A DNA stretch of 64,000 bases from an uncultured Bacteroidaceae bacterium (GCA_964550635.1 CAZJZV010000001.1:103913-167912); one strand, 5' to 3'. Shown: positions 42,835-51,262, counted from the first letter of the stretch. Numbers and translations are program-made. Notes: a model not told the origin generated them from the letters alone.

Positions 42835-43656
42835 ATGGAAACGGATTTGCGAAATGAAAATCTCCAAAACAAACTCACCGCCAAAGATATATGGCGCAGA
42901 GTTTTGTTGCACGTGCCTTTCGTGCTTCTCGTAGCGTTGACTCTCGCACTCGTTTTAGGCGGACTTCTTCTCGTCGTCTACGCAATTGTGCTAATCACCG
43001 CAACTTCGTCCGGCATGATGTTCACCGTCCTATTCGGCGCAGGTACGCTTGCGGTAGGTCTGGGACTTCTCTCAATCGAGGGTTTCATCAAGTATCTTGC
43101 GTACTACAACGAGAGAGAAAAATTCATCGCTCGCCCCGCAAAGACGGAAATCAAGAAAAAACCTTTTTCATTTGCAAATATTTGCTTGTACGTCACGTTG
43201 GTAGGCTCTGTTTTCGTGATAGTATCCGCCGCTCTCGGCTCAATCGACCCTGCAAAATGGGTGTCTGAAAGAAGCGGATATATGGCGGAAAACGGCTACT
43301 TCGACGAAACGAAAGTATTCGACGTCAGTTACGACACCACGAACGAATACCCAATTCAAAAAATTGTGATCGACCTTGACCAAAAAAACGTAGCGGTTTT
43401 CTACACCGACGAGCAAATCTTCATCAACGTAAAAGGTTACCAAAAATTCAACGGCGCAATCCAAACAAGCATTGACAAAAACGACGGCGTCATCCGTATC
43501 ACCGACGGCGACTCCCCCAAAGCGGACAACGCGCTCAACGATATGCTTTTCTTCCTTTTCAACGACAACAAGGCGGAAGCGCAAATCAGGTTGTATATCC
43601 CTAAAAGGTTGAAAGATTCTATCGCAATCGAGGGTGAATATATCCTTGCAAAATAA
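42835..43656 (+). CDS. Hypothetical membrane protein
   Basis: 273 aa with 3-4 N-terminal hydrophobic segments and a beta-rich C-terminal half. I recognise no family. Confidence 0.55.
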   Translation: METDLRNENLQNKLTAKDIWRRVLLHVPFVLLVALTLALVLGGLLLVVYAIVLITATSSGMMFTVLFGAGTLAVGLGLLSIEGFIKYLAYYNEREKFIARPAKTEIKKKPFSFANICLYVTLVGSVFVIVSAALGSIDPAKWVSERSGYMAENGYFDETKVFDVSYDTTNEYPIQKIVIDLDQKNVAVFYTDEQIFINVKGYQKFNGAIQTSIDKNDGVIRITDGDSPKADNALNDMLFFLFNDNKAEAQIRLYIPKRLKDSIAIEGEYILAK

Positions 43657-43677
43657 AAAACAACCGATTAGATAATG

Positions 43678-43703
43678 AAAACCTGCCTTTCGGCAGGTTT
43701 TTT
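43678..43703. terminator. Bidirectional intrinsic terminator
   Basis: AAAACCTGCC-TTTC-GGCAGGTTTTTT between convergent genes. Confidence 0.7.
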
Positions 43704-43718
43704 CGTGGTCTTGAAATC

Positions 43719-44906
43719 TTATAATCTCGTTGCAATCGCTTCGAGGAACGCTTTGCTATCGAGAGTCTTGACTTCCACTCCGTCCTTCTTGAACAGAAGT
43801 GCCAAGTCTTTCGTCATTTCACCGCTTTCAATGGTGTCGATAGTGGCTTTTTCGAGTTTTTCCGCAAAGGCTACGAGTTCGGGAATTTCGTCCATTTCAC
43901 CGCGCTTTTTGAGTGCGCCCGTCCAAGCAAACAGAGTTGCGACGGAGTTTGTCGAAGTGGTCTCCCCCGCCTGCCATTTGCGGTAGTGACGAGTGACCGT
44001 GCCGTGCGCCGCTTCGTATTCATATGCGCCCGTCGGAGATACAAGCACCGAAGTCATCATCGCAAGAGAGCCGAATGCCGTTGCGACCATATCGCTCATG
44101 ACGTCGCCGTCGTAGTTTTTGCACGCCCAAATAAATCCGCCGTTGGAGCGAATGACTCTTGCAACCGCATCGTCGATGAGAGTGTAGAAATATTCTATGC
44201 CAGCTTTCTCGAATTTTTCCTTGTAATCCGCTTCGTAAATTTCTGCGAAAATGTCTTTGAAACGGTGGTCGTAGGTCTTGGATATGGTATCTTTCGTCGC
44301 AAACCAAAGGTCTTGTTTGGTGTCGAGAGCGAACTTGAAGCAACTGTGCGCGAAACTTGTGATACTCTTATCCGTGTTATGCACGCCTTGAATAACGCCC
44401 TTTCCGTCACCGAAGTCGAAGATAATCTTTTCTTCACCGTTTGCGCCGATGACCGCTTTTCCGCCTTCTACCCTGATTTCAACGTTTTTATATACGTCGC
44501 CGTATGCGTGACGAGCAATGGTAATAGGTTTTGTCCAAGTGGGCACGAGCGGAGTTACTCCGTCAACGAGTATGGGCGCGCGGAAAACCGTACCGTCCAT
44601 TATCGCGCGGATGGTGCCGTTGGGACTGGGCCACATCTTTTTGAGTCCGAATTCTTCCACTCTTTGAGCGTTTGCGGTAATTGTAGCGCACTTCACGCCT
44701 ACGCCGTATTTCAAACATGCGTTTGCCGCGTCAACCGTAACTTTATCATCCGTTGCATCGCGGTTTTGGATTGACAAGTCGTAGTATTCCGTCTTCAAAT
44801 CCACGTAGGGCTTGATGAGAATATCTTTCACCCACGCCCAAAGGATGCGAGTCATTTCATCTCCGTCCATTTCAACGAGCGGATTTATCATTCTAATTTT
44901 GTCCAT
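43719..44906 (-). CDS. icd: NADP-dependent isocitrate dehydrogenase (eukaryote-like subfamily II, ~400 aa)
   Basis: Motifs [16 protein letters not shown] and [14 protein letters not shown], with other typical IDH1-type blocks. Confidence 0.92.
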   Translation of the reverse strand: MDKIRMINPLVEMDGDEMTRILWAWVKDILIKPYVDLKTEYYDLSIQNRDATDDKVTVDAANACLKYGVGVKCATITANAQRVEEFGLKKMWPSPNGTIRAIMDGTVFRAPILVDGVTPLVPTWTKPITIARHAYGDVYKNVEIRVEGGKAVIGANGEEKIIFDFGDGKGVIQGVHNTDKSITSFAHSCFKFALDTKQDLWFATKDTISKTYDHRFKDIFAEIYEADYKEKFEKAGIEYFYTLIDDAVARVIRSNGGFIWACKNYDGDVMSDMVATAFGSLAMMTSVLVSPTGAYEYEAAHGTVTRHYRKWQAGETTSTNSVATLFAWTGALKKRGEMDEIPELVAFAEKLEKATIDTIESGEMTKDLALLFKKDGVEVKTLDSKAFLEAIATRL

Positions 44907-44924
44907 AACTACCTTCTGATAATG

Positions 44925-44930
44925 ATTATA
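44925..44930 (-). promoter_or_regulatory. Candidate -10 box (TATAAT) for icd
   Basis: The minus strand reads TATAATcattatcaGAAGGTagttATG. icd therefore appears to have its own proximal promoter. Confidence 0.35.
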
Positions 44931-45216
44931 TTAAAATGATAGCACAAAGAGCCGCTCAACGCAACTTGTTTCAGTTGCTTATGTTTCGTCACCGTCGTCG
45001 GTTGCTTACGCGTCGTAGCCGTCGGCAATTTTCAGTGAAAATTGTTCTGACGGTGCTTGCAACGCAACTTCTACCGCACGAAAATTTTTTGCTACAACTC
45101 GTGCATAATCTGTAACTCAATTCGTATTCGCAAAATTTTCGTTTTGGTGTTAAAGCTGGGGGGACACCCACACCCGAAAAATTTTTGTGCGATATTTGCA
45201 CTCAGTGTGAGCGGGT

Positions 45217-45466
45217 GTGAGTACGCACTCACTTATTCGGGGACGAAACACGAGCCGCAACGGCGGCGAGAACTTCGAGTGCGTATTTGGGACGGAGCAA
45301 AAATACGCACTTTATCCACAATATGCAGACGGCGTAGTGTATCGCACTACGCCGTCTTGCATATATCATGCTTGCGAAGCAAGTATATCATATTGCGATA
45401 GCAATATATCACACGCGACAGAGTCGCGTATATCATTGAAAAAGCGCTCCGCTCGGAGTGCTTTTT
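45217..45466 (+). ncRNA. Candidate structured ncRNA: chain of 6 stem-loops ending in a terminator
   Basis: Hairpins at 45217-45232, 45278-45311 (11 bp), 45323-45362 (17 bp with a bulge), 45368-45386, 45390-45407 and 45413-45429. Terminator at 45440-45466. The wobble positions are G-U on the plus strand and A-C on the minus strand. No promoter was identified. Confidence 0.3.
45440..45466. terminator. Terminator hairpin at the ddl 3' end (AGCGCTCC-gctc-GGAGTGCT + T5)
   Basis: Flanked by an A5 run and a T5 run. It abuts the ddl stop codon (45466-45468). The stem is better on the plus-strand RNA. Confidence 0.6.
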
Positions 45467-46578
45467 CACATACTGCATTTCCCGCCGCCGTGGAAGTTTT
45501 CGAGTACGCCCGTCGAGTAGGTGCGGTGAGTGGGTTTTCCCTTTTTTATTGCGTAGTCGATTATCCGCCGTAGCATTTCGGGATAGGTTATTCCAACTTC
45601 TTCAAACAGATAATACGCAAGCGAACCGGGGATTGTGTTGATTTCGTTGATATACACCTTATTTCTCGTTTTATCCACAAGGTAGTCCATTCTGACCACT
45701 CCGTCCAAATCCAACTCGTCGTAGAGTCTTGCGGTATTCGCCTTGACGACGGAATTGAGTGGACCTATATCCGCGGGCATAATACGACCGCCGCCACTCA
45801 TTTTCCCGCCCGATACGTACTTATCTTCAAAAGTCAGAATATCGTGTACGGATAGCGGTCTTTCTGTTTCGGACACGACGACACCGTCGCTATCCCTAAA
45901 CGCCGCGCAGTTGACTTCGACAAAATCCGTGAGCATTTGTTCAACGACCATTTTATCGTCGAACTCCTTTGCAACGTCGAGAGCGTATATTAGGTCTTCT
46001 CTATTCTCCGCCGTGCTAATACCTATGCTACTCCCCGCCCTTGACGGCTTGACGATGAGCGGATAGCCGAGAGTATTTTCAAGTCGGGAGAAGGTTTCAT
46101 CCGTCCTTTCTTCGTACTCCCTTTTCGTTACGACCGAATGCGGAATGACGTTCAAGAGCATATCATCGAATATCTTTTTGCTCACTCCCTTATCCATACA
46201 GATAGCGGACGGCAGTACTCCTGCGGACGTATACGGTATTCCGTAAAATTCAAGCAAAGCTTGAAGTGTGCCGTTTTCCCCTTCCCCGCCGTGACAACAG
46301 ATAAGCGCGACGTCGGGTGCATAAACCTTTTTGAGTTTACCCCTTTTCACCGTGTAGAATCCACCGCTATATAGCAAAGTCTTCACGTGCTTATGCGCTT
46401 CAAACGGTGTGAAATCGGACAGAGTTTTCATACCGCCCAAATAGAAATCACCGTCGTACATGAATATCGGTTCGACTTCATAACCGTCGAGTTGCTTATA
46501 AGTCTGAATTGCGGTAATGACGGATATATCGCTCTCGAGCGACCGCCCGCCGAAAATCAACGCTACTTTTCTTTTCAT
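45466..46578 (-). CDS. ddl: D-alanine--D-alanine ligase
   Basis: ATP-grasp fold. Motifs are ALIFGGRSLESDIS, HGGEGENGTLQ and YINEINTIPGS. Confidence 0.93.
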   Translation of the reverse strand: MKRKVALIFGGRSLESDISVITAIQTYKQLDGYEVEPIFMYDGDFYLGGMKTLSDFTPFEAHKHVKTLLYSGGFYTVKRGKLKKVYAPDVALICCHGGEGENGTLQALLEFYGIPYTSAGVLPSAICMDKGVSKKIFDDMLLNVIPHSVVTKREYEERTDETFSRLENTLGYPLIVKPSRAGSSIGISTAENREDLIYALDVAKEFDDKMVVEQMLTDFVEVNCAAFRDSDGVVVSETERPLSVHDILTFEDKYVSGGKMSGGGRIMPADIGPLNSVVKANTARLYDELDLDGVVRMDYLVDKTRNKVYINEINTIPGSLAYYLFEEVGITYPEMLRRIIDYAIKKGKPTHRTYSTGVLENFHGGGKCSM

Positions 46579-46585
46579 ACCCCTC

Positions 46586-48178
46586 CTATTCGTCGTACAC
46601 GTCGGGCAAATCGTTCAAAAGCAGTAGATTATCGCCCATACGTAGCAAAATACCAAAATCGTTTTTCGCCTCGTCCAAGGTGTCGTAGTGGTAGATTTTC
46701 CCGCTGAAATCCGCATTACGCAGTCCCCTTGCAACGAAGTCCGCGCGCATACCGCCGATCAAGACCACGACGTCCGCAACTGATGCGATACACTCTCCGA
46801 GATATTCGTTGACTTCGGTTTCTTTTTTGCCGAGTTCGACGAGTCCCGGTGTTACGACCACCTTTCTACCCGCGAATTTAGCAAGCACGTCGAGTGCGCA
46901 AATTGCTCCGTCGGGGTTTGAATTGAAGGTGTCGTCAATTATTCTTATGCCGTTACCGCGGATAAGTTGCAGGCGGTGCGGAACGGGTTTGAGAGTGGCA
47001 ATTCTCTCGACGATTTCTGCGGGCGACACTCCGAGATAGTAGGCGATAGCGGCGGAAAGTACGACGTTTTCAACGTTATGTTTGCCGAGAAGATAGGTTT
47101 TTGTCGGATAGACGTCATCCCCGAAGTGCAGGTTGAAAACAGAGCCGTCGTTTGCAACCGCAAGTTCGCTTGCATACACTCCGTCATCTTCGTCAAAGCC
47201 TGCAAAATACGGCAATTTCGTTTGCTTTTTGGCGGATAACAATCTTTCTTTCACACCGTCTGAAGCAAATCCTACTCCGCTATCGTCGAGCATGTTTATC
47301 ACTCTCGTCTTCTCCCTGACCAAGTTTTCCATACTGCCGAAAGTTTCGAGATGTTGCTCGTTTATCCCTGTCAAAACGCCGACGGTAGGATTGACGATTT
47401 TCATAAGTTTCTTTATATCCTCCACTCTACGCGCGCCCATTTCGGCAATCAAGACGTCGTGAGAGCCGTCGAGCATAGCGACCGTTTTCGCAATACCCAT
47501 AGGCGTGTTGTAACTCTCTGGCGACGACAAAACCTTATACCGTCCGCCAAGGATATGCGCAAGATAGTTTTTGACCGACGTTTTGCCGTAACTCCCTGTT
47601 ATACCTATTTTGACAAGGTGCGGATATTCGGCGAGAATGCGGCGAGTTTTTCTCTCATAGCGCAAATTATTTAGCCTTTCAAAACAGTTCACTACCGCCA
47701 TAGTTAGCGAAAAAGTAATCGGATAGAATATCGGAAACGCAAATATCGACGAATATCTGAAATATGCGTCCTCAACCACCGCGTTCAAGTGAAATAGAGT
47801 GAGCATAATGAGAGTGGAATTGACCGCAACGAGCGCGCTCAATGCCCTGACCGCGCGTTTCGTGTAGCGCATAGGTTTCTTCTTTTCGGGCATTTCTTCG
47901 GCAAAATACAACGTGATTTCAGCTATGAAAAAGAACATCGCGTCGAGAAATCCCCAGAATATTCTCGACTGCAAAAAACTCAATCCGATATATATCCCCG
48001 CGAATATCCCTACGCATAGCAAATCCATAAGGTAGGCGGTGCGCAGTCGCTTGCTTTTGAAAACGGTTGAAATTCGATAATTGTCCTGTTGCGCCACGTA
48101 TAAGTAAGGGCGGGATATGAATAGCGACGACAACAAGGACAGTATGATGAAAAACCAATTACCCCTTGCTAATACCAA
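46586..48178 (-). CDS. Mur ligase (MurF-like) with ~190-aa polytopic membrane N-terminal domain
   Basis: About 5 hydrophobic segments are followed by the P-loop IGITGSYGKTS, YNTPMGIA, AEMGA, and the central and C-terminal Mur ligase domains. Immediately upstream of ddl. Confidence 0.75.
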   Translation of the reverse strand: MVLARGNWFFIILSLLSSLFISRPYLYVAQQDNYRISTVFKSKRLRTAYLMDLLCVGIFAGIYIGLSFLQSRIFWGFLDAMFFFIAEITLYFAEEMPEKKKPMRYTKRAVRALSALVAVNSTLIMLTLFHLNAVVEDAYFRYSSIFAFPIFYPITFSLTMAVVNCFERLNNLRYERKTRRILAEYPHLVKIGITGSYGKTSVKNYLAHILGGRYKVLSSPESYNTPMGIAKTVAMLDGSHDVLIAEMGARRVEDIKKLMKIVNPTVGVLTGINEQHLETFGSMENLVREKTRVINMLDDSGVGFASDGVKERLLSAKKQTKLPYFAGFDEDDGVYASELAVANDGSVFNLHFGDDVYPTKTYLLGKHNVENVVLSAAIAYYLGVSPAEIVERIATLKPVPHRLQLIRGNGIRIIDDTFNSNPDGAICALDVLAKFAGRKVVVTPGLVELGKKETEVNEYLGECIASVADVVVLIGGMRADFVARGLRNADFSGKIYHYDTLDEAKNDFGILLRMGDNLLLLNDLPDVYDE

Positions 48179-48852
48179 TTTTTACCGCCTAAATTTTTAT
48201 TGCCGTCCTTAGTTTCAAACAAAAATGCGCGAAGTATGGATATGAAAACGTCCGCATCGTCCACGTAGGCGAAGTGTCCGCCGTTAAGCCAAAAAATCTC
48301 GCTACCGCGTATGCCTTTTTTGAGTTTTTTCGCCATATACGGCGGGGTAACTTTATCCTTTCCGCCCCAGAAAATAGCGGTAGGGCAATGGATTTCGGAT
48401 AGTAGTCCGCTTTGGTCGTAGGACACTACGTTTTTGAAAGTTTCCTTCATCACGGGAGAAAGCACCCGATAATCTTTCGAGCCTTTGAGTCCCCTAAATC
48501 CCAAACGGACGAGTGCTTTATGAAGATAAATCTTGAGATAATACGACGGTTTTCTGCGCGGTTTCAACCCGGCGGAGTCAACAAGCACGAGAGACCGCAC
48601 AAGGTCGGGGCGACTGCTTGCAATCTCAATCGCAACCCTACCGCCGAAAGAATGCCCGACGATACACGTCCTGCTCTCTCCCAACTCTTCGAGCATAGTT
48701 ACGATTTCATTTGCGTAGTCTTTCACGCTATACGGTTTATCAGGCTCCGCGCTCTCCCCGAAACCGCTGAAATCCACGACTATGCTTTTATATCCGCCGA
48801 GCCGTTTTGCGACAAACAAAAAGGCGGAAGCGCTACCGCCCCACCCGTGCAA
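48169..48852 (-). CDS. Alpha/beta hydrolase
   Basis: Contains HGWGGS and the nucleophile elbow GHSFGG. The listed start is a TTG. The in-frame upstream sequence INKFIVGSGESVLFL runs to 48894, directly after an AAGGAGG SD, so the true start may be non-canonical. Confidence 0.75.
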   Translation of the reverse strand: MHGWGGSASAFLFVAKRLGGYKSIVVDFSGFGESAEPDKPYSVKDYANEIVTMLEELGESRTCIVGHSFGGRVAIEIASSRPDLVRSLVLVDSAGLKPRRKPSYYLKIYLHKALVRLGFRGLKGSKDYRVLSPVMKETFKNVVSYDQSGLLSEIHCPTAIFWGGKDKVTPPYMAKKLKKGIRGSEIFWLNGGHFAYVDDADVFISILRAFLFETKDGNKNLGGKNWY

Positions 48853-48903
48853 GAATAATACCGATTCGCCACTGCCGACGATGAATTTGTTTATGCGTCC
48901 TCC

Positions 48904-49335
48904 TTAGACGTCCAGCCACATAATGAGCGCGTCGTCACGATTGTTATAATACCTCTTACGTACGCCCTCCACTCGGAAACCGAATCCCAAGTACATATTT
49001 TTTGCGACTTCGTTGGTAGATTTGACCTCCAAAGTCAAGTGTTTCACGCCGATTTCTCTCGCCTTCGAGATGAGCATCGACATAAGGAATTTGCCAAAAC
49101 CGCGTCCTCTTTCGGACTGTTTGACCGCTATATTAGTTATATGCCCTTCGTCAAGGACTTTGTGAAAACCGCCGTAGCAAAGCACTTCATCCCCCCTGAC
49201 TCCGACGAGATAATACGCATCCCCCGCATTCAATTCGGGGATAAACATATTTTCCGTCCAAGGTTGGTCGAAAGCTTCTCTTTCAATCTCCGCCATTTGA
49301 CGAAGATGCTCGTAGCGTAGCGGTTCGAATCTCAT
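48904..49335 (-). CDS. rimI: Ribosomal-protein-alanine N-acetyltransferase
   Basis: GNAT motif ITNIAVKQSERGRGFGKFLM. Its context after tsaB is as expected. Confidence 0.85.
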   Translation of the reverse strand: MRFEPLRYEHLRQMAEIEREAFDQPWTENMFIPELNAGDAYYLVGVRGDEVLCYGGFHKVLDEGHITNIAVKQSERGRGFGKFLMSMLISKAREIGVKHLTLEVKSTNEVAKNMYLGFGFRVEGVRKRYYNNRDDALIMWLDV

Positions 49336-49901
49336 TTCAAATTTCTCTCCGCTTGCGATTTTCTCATATATACAGGCTCGAATACGTCCACGAATTCTCC
49401 GTTTTTCACCTTCGATTTCAAGACGTTTTCAAGCGCAACGTGTGCGGGACAAGCAAGCGTATAGACGGTGTCGCTCGGGATACTGTCCTTATCCGTCTCT
49501 TCCACAAATCTCGTTTCAAGGATTTTGCCGTTTTCGCAAGTCGCAAGATAGGTATTTCCGTGACCTGCGTCCACCCCTGCCGTTATCCGCGCTCTACTAT
49601 ATGCGAGAAGTTCAAAATAGTTTACCGCAACTCTTTTCGCGCCGTTTGAAAAGGATATGGCAGTCATAGCGGACGCGCCTATGCGAATACCCGTGAACGA
49701 GCCCGGCCCCACGACTACGCAAGCGACGTCAAGATCGTCGGGGGTGAGTCCCGCACTGTCCATAACCTTTTTGATTTCGGGGATGAGCAAGGACGAATGT
49801 CCGCTTTTACCCACTTCAAATTCGGTGAAATAGGATTTTTCGTTGTCTACGACAACGATTGTGAGAGTTGTATTTGTGGTGTCAATTGCCAGTGCTTTCA
49901 T
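49332..49901 (-). CDS. tsaB: tRNA t6A biosynthesis protein TsaB
   Basis: Starts [11 protein letters not shown], with the motif VVGPGSFTGIRIG. Confidence 0.85.
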   Translation of the reverse strand: MKALAIDTTNTTLTIVVVDNEKSYFTEFEVGKSGHSSLLIPEIKKVMDSAGLTPDDLDVACVVVGPGSFTGIRIGASAMTAISFSNGAKRVAVNYFELLAYSRARITAGVDAGHGNTYLATCENGKILETRFVEETDKDSIPSDTVYTLACPAHVALENVLKSKVKNGEFVDVFEPVYMRKSQAERNLK

Positions 49902-51019
49902 TCTTCAATCTCGAATATTCTGCTATTTTCTCCGTCAACGGCAATTTTTATCTTGATGATTTTGCCGTTCAGGCTTTCAAATTTATTCCATTCTATGACG
50001 GTCACTCCGTCGTCCGAAATCGCCTCTTCCACGCCGAGTTCGACAAGGTCGTCTTCATGCTCCACCCTGTACATATCGAGATGATTGAGTTTCAATCTAC
50101 CGCTTTCGTACACGTTGAGTATGGTGAATGTGGGGCTTGTGACTTCTTCTTCAACACCGAGTGCTTTTGCAAGTCCTTTCGTGAAAGTGGTCTTGCCTGC
50201 GCCAAGGTCGCCGTCGAGCAATATGACCTCTCCGCCAACGAGAGTATCGGCAAGTTTTTCGGCAAGAGCGTAGGTTTCTTCCACGCCGTCTACCCTATAT
50301 TCTCCCGACAAATTCACGACTTCTTCGTCAACGTGCTTTTTCAAACTCGTACCGTCCCAATGCAGTATTTTCGTCAGGCGTTTGTACAACACGAACGTCA
50401 ACGCACCTACTATTATACATCTTAAAAGATTAAAAGGCAACACGCCTGCGAATAAATAATAAACGTAAAACGTGTCCATAGTGACGTCTTTATAGAGCGG
50501 TTGGAGCATTCCGACGATTGCGCCGAAGTCACCTTTGAAATACAACTCGACGAAAAACGGTATGGATATGAATCTGTTGACGATGATAGACGCGATAGTG
50601 AGAAGCACACCGCCTACGCAAATGCCTATGAAAGCGTGCTTTTTGTCTTTTTTGCGGTGATAAATAAGTGATGCGGGCAGGACGAACAAAATTCCGAGAA
50701 TAATATCCGTTGCCTCCCCGACGTATGCGGTGCTTGTCATAGGAAATTTGAAAAGGCATTTCAAGACGATAACTACGCAACCGCTGATAGGCCCCATAGA
50801 AAAGCCCGCGAGAAGTGCCGGCAATTCACTGATTTGAATTTCAAGGAAATTCGGGAATATGAACGGAAGATTGAACTTTCCGAAAGCGTACAAGATGAAT
50901 GATATTGCGGTCAAAATTGCGATTTTCGCAATATATGCCGTAGTAAAGCGCGGATTTTTGAACTGTGAAAACAGTTTTTTGATTCTTTCTTTCGCACCGA
51001 TTGCGTTTTCGTTGCCCAT
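49898..51019 (-). CDS. In-frame fusion: RibU-like ECF-transporter S component (N) + tRNA t6A ATPase TsaE (C)
   Basis: The N-terminal ~225 aa are polytopic ([35 protein letters not shown]). The C-terminal ~140 aa carry [13 protein letters not shown] and [19 protein letters not shown] before the ATG at 51019. An FMN riboswitch lies upstream. Confidence 0.8.
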   Translation of the reverse strand: MGNENAIGAKERIKKLFSQFKNPRFTTAYIAKIAILTAISFILYAFGKFNLPFIFPNFLEIQISELPALLAGFSMGPISGCVVIVLKCLFKFPMTSTAYVGEATDIILGILFVLPASLIYHRKKDKKHAFIGICVGGVLLTIASIIVNRFISIPFFVELYFKGDFGAIVGMLQPLYKDVTMDTFYVYYLFAGVLPFNLLRCIIVGALTFVLYKRLTKILHWDGTSLKKHVDEEVVNLSGEYRVDGVEETYALAEKLADTLVGGEVILLDGDLGAGKTTFTKGLAKALGVEEEVTSPTFTILNVYESGRLKLNHLDMYRVEHEDDLVELGVEEAISDDGVTVIEWNKFESLNGKIIKIKIAVDGENSRIFEIEE

Positions 51020-51054
51020 ATTTCTCCTTCGGCGCACTTCGTCAATTTTCGGGA

Positions 51055-51212
51055 TACAAAAAATGCGCCTTCAAGGGCGCAAACTCGTCATTCGACGGTC
51101 GCTTCTATCATCCGGACTATACCGTCGGTCAGGGAATTTCACCCTATCGGCACGCTTTGCGTGTTCGCGGACTGTCACCGCCGGTGAGGAATCTAACCTC
51201 GCCCCGAAGCAT
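51055..51212 (-). promoter_or_regulatory. FMN riboswitch (RFN element) with terminator expression platform
   Basis: The minus strand reads CUUCGGGGCGAGGUUAGAUUCCUCACCGGCGGUGACAGUCCGCGAAC...GAUAGGGUGAAAUUCCCUGACCGACGGUAUAGUCCGGAUGAUAGAAGC, which matches the conserved RFN cores. It is followed by UGCGCC-cuugaa-GGCGCA and a U7 run. Confidence 0.85.
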
Positions 51213-51216
51213 TTAT

Positions 51217-51245
51217 ATTATATCTATCCCTATCCACATTGTCAA
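51217..51245 (-). promoter_or_regulatory. Consensus sigma-A promoter for the riboswitch (TTGACA-N17-TATAAT)
   Basis: On the minus strand, TTGACA is at 51245-51240 and TATAAT at 51222-51217, just upstream of the aptamer 5' end. Confidence 0.6.
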
Positions 51246-51262
51246 CGGTTTTGAAAAACGAG

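Noticed and set aside
45362-45435. Possible mini-CRISPR array, given the regularly spaced TATATCA repeats with variable intervening sequence.
   Set aside because: The repeat is only 7 nt and the units only 21-24 nt. The 'spacers' are themselves palindromic hairpins. No cas genes are nearby.
44989-45573. ORFs of 70-118 aa in the icd-ddl gap (44989-45201 on the minus strand, 45057-45401 and 45217-45573 on the plus strand).
   Set aside because: They are Arg/Cys/Ser-rich with no SD. They run through perfect hairpins and into ddl antisense. The region is better explained as structured non-coding DNA or RNA.
49322-49333. GGTTCGAATCTC, which resembles a tRNA T-arm (GGTTCGAATCC).
   Set aside because: It lies inside the rimI start region (coding MRFEPL). 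No acceptor, D or anticodon stems can be drawn around it.
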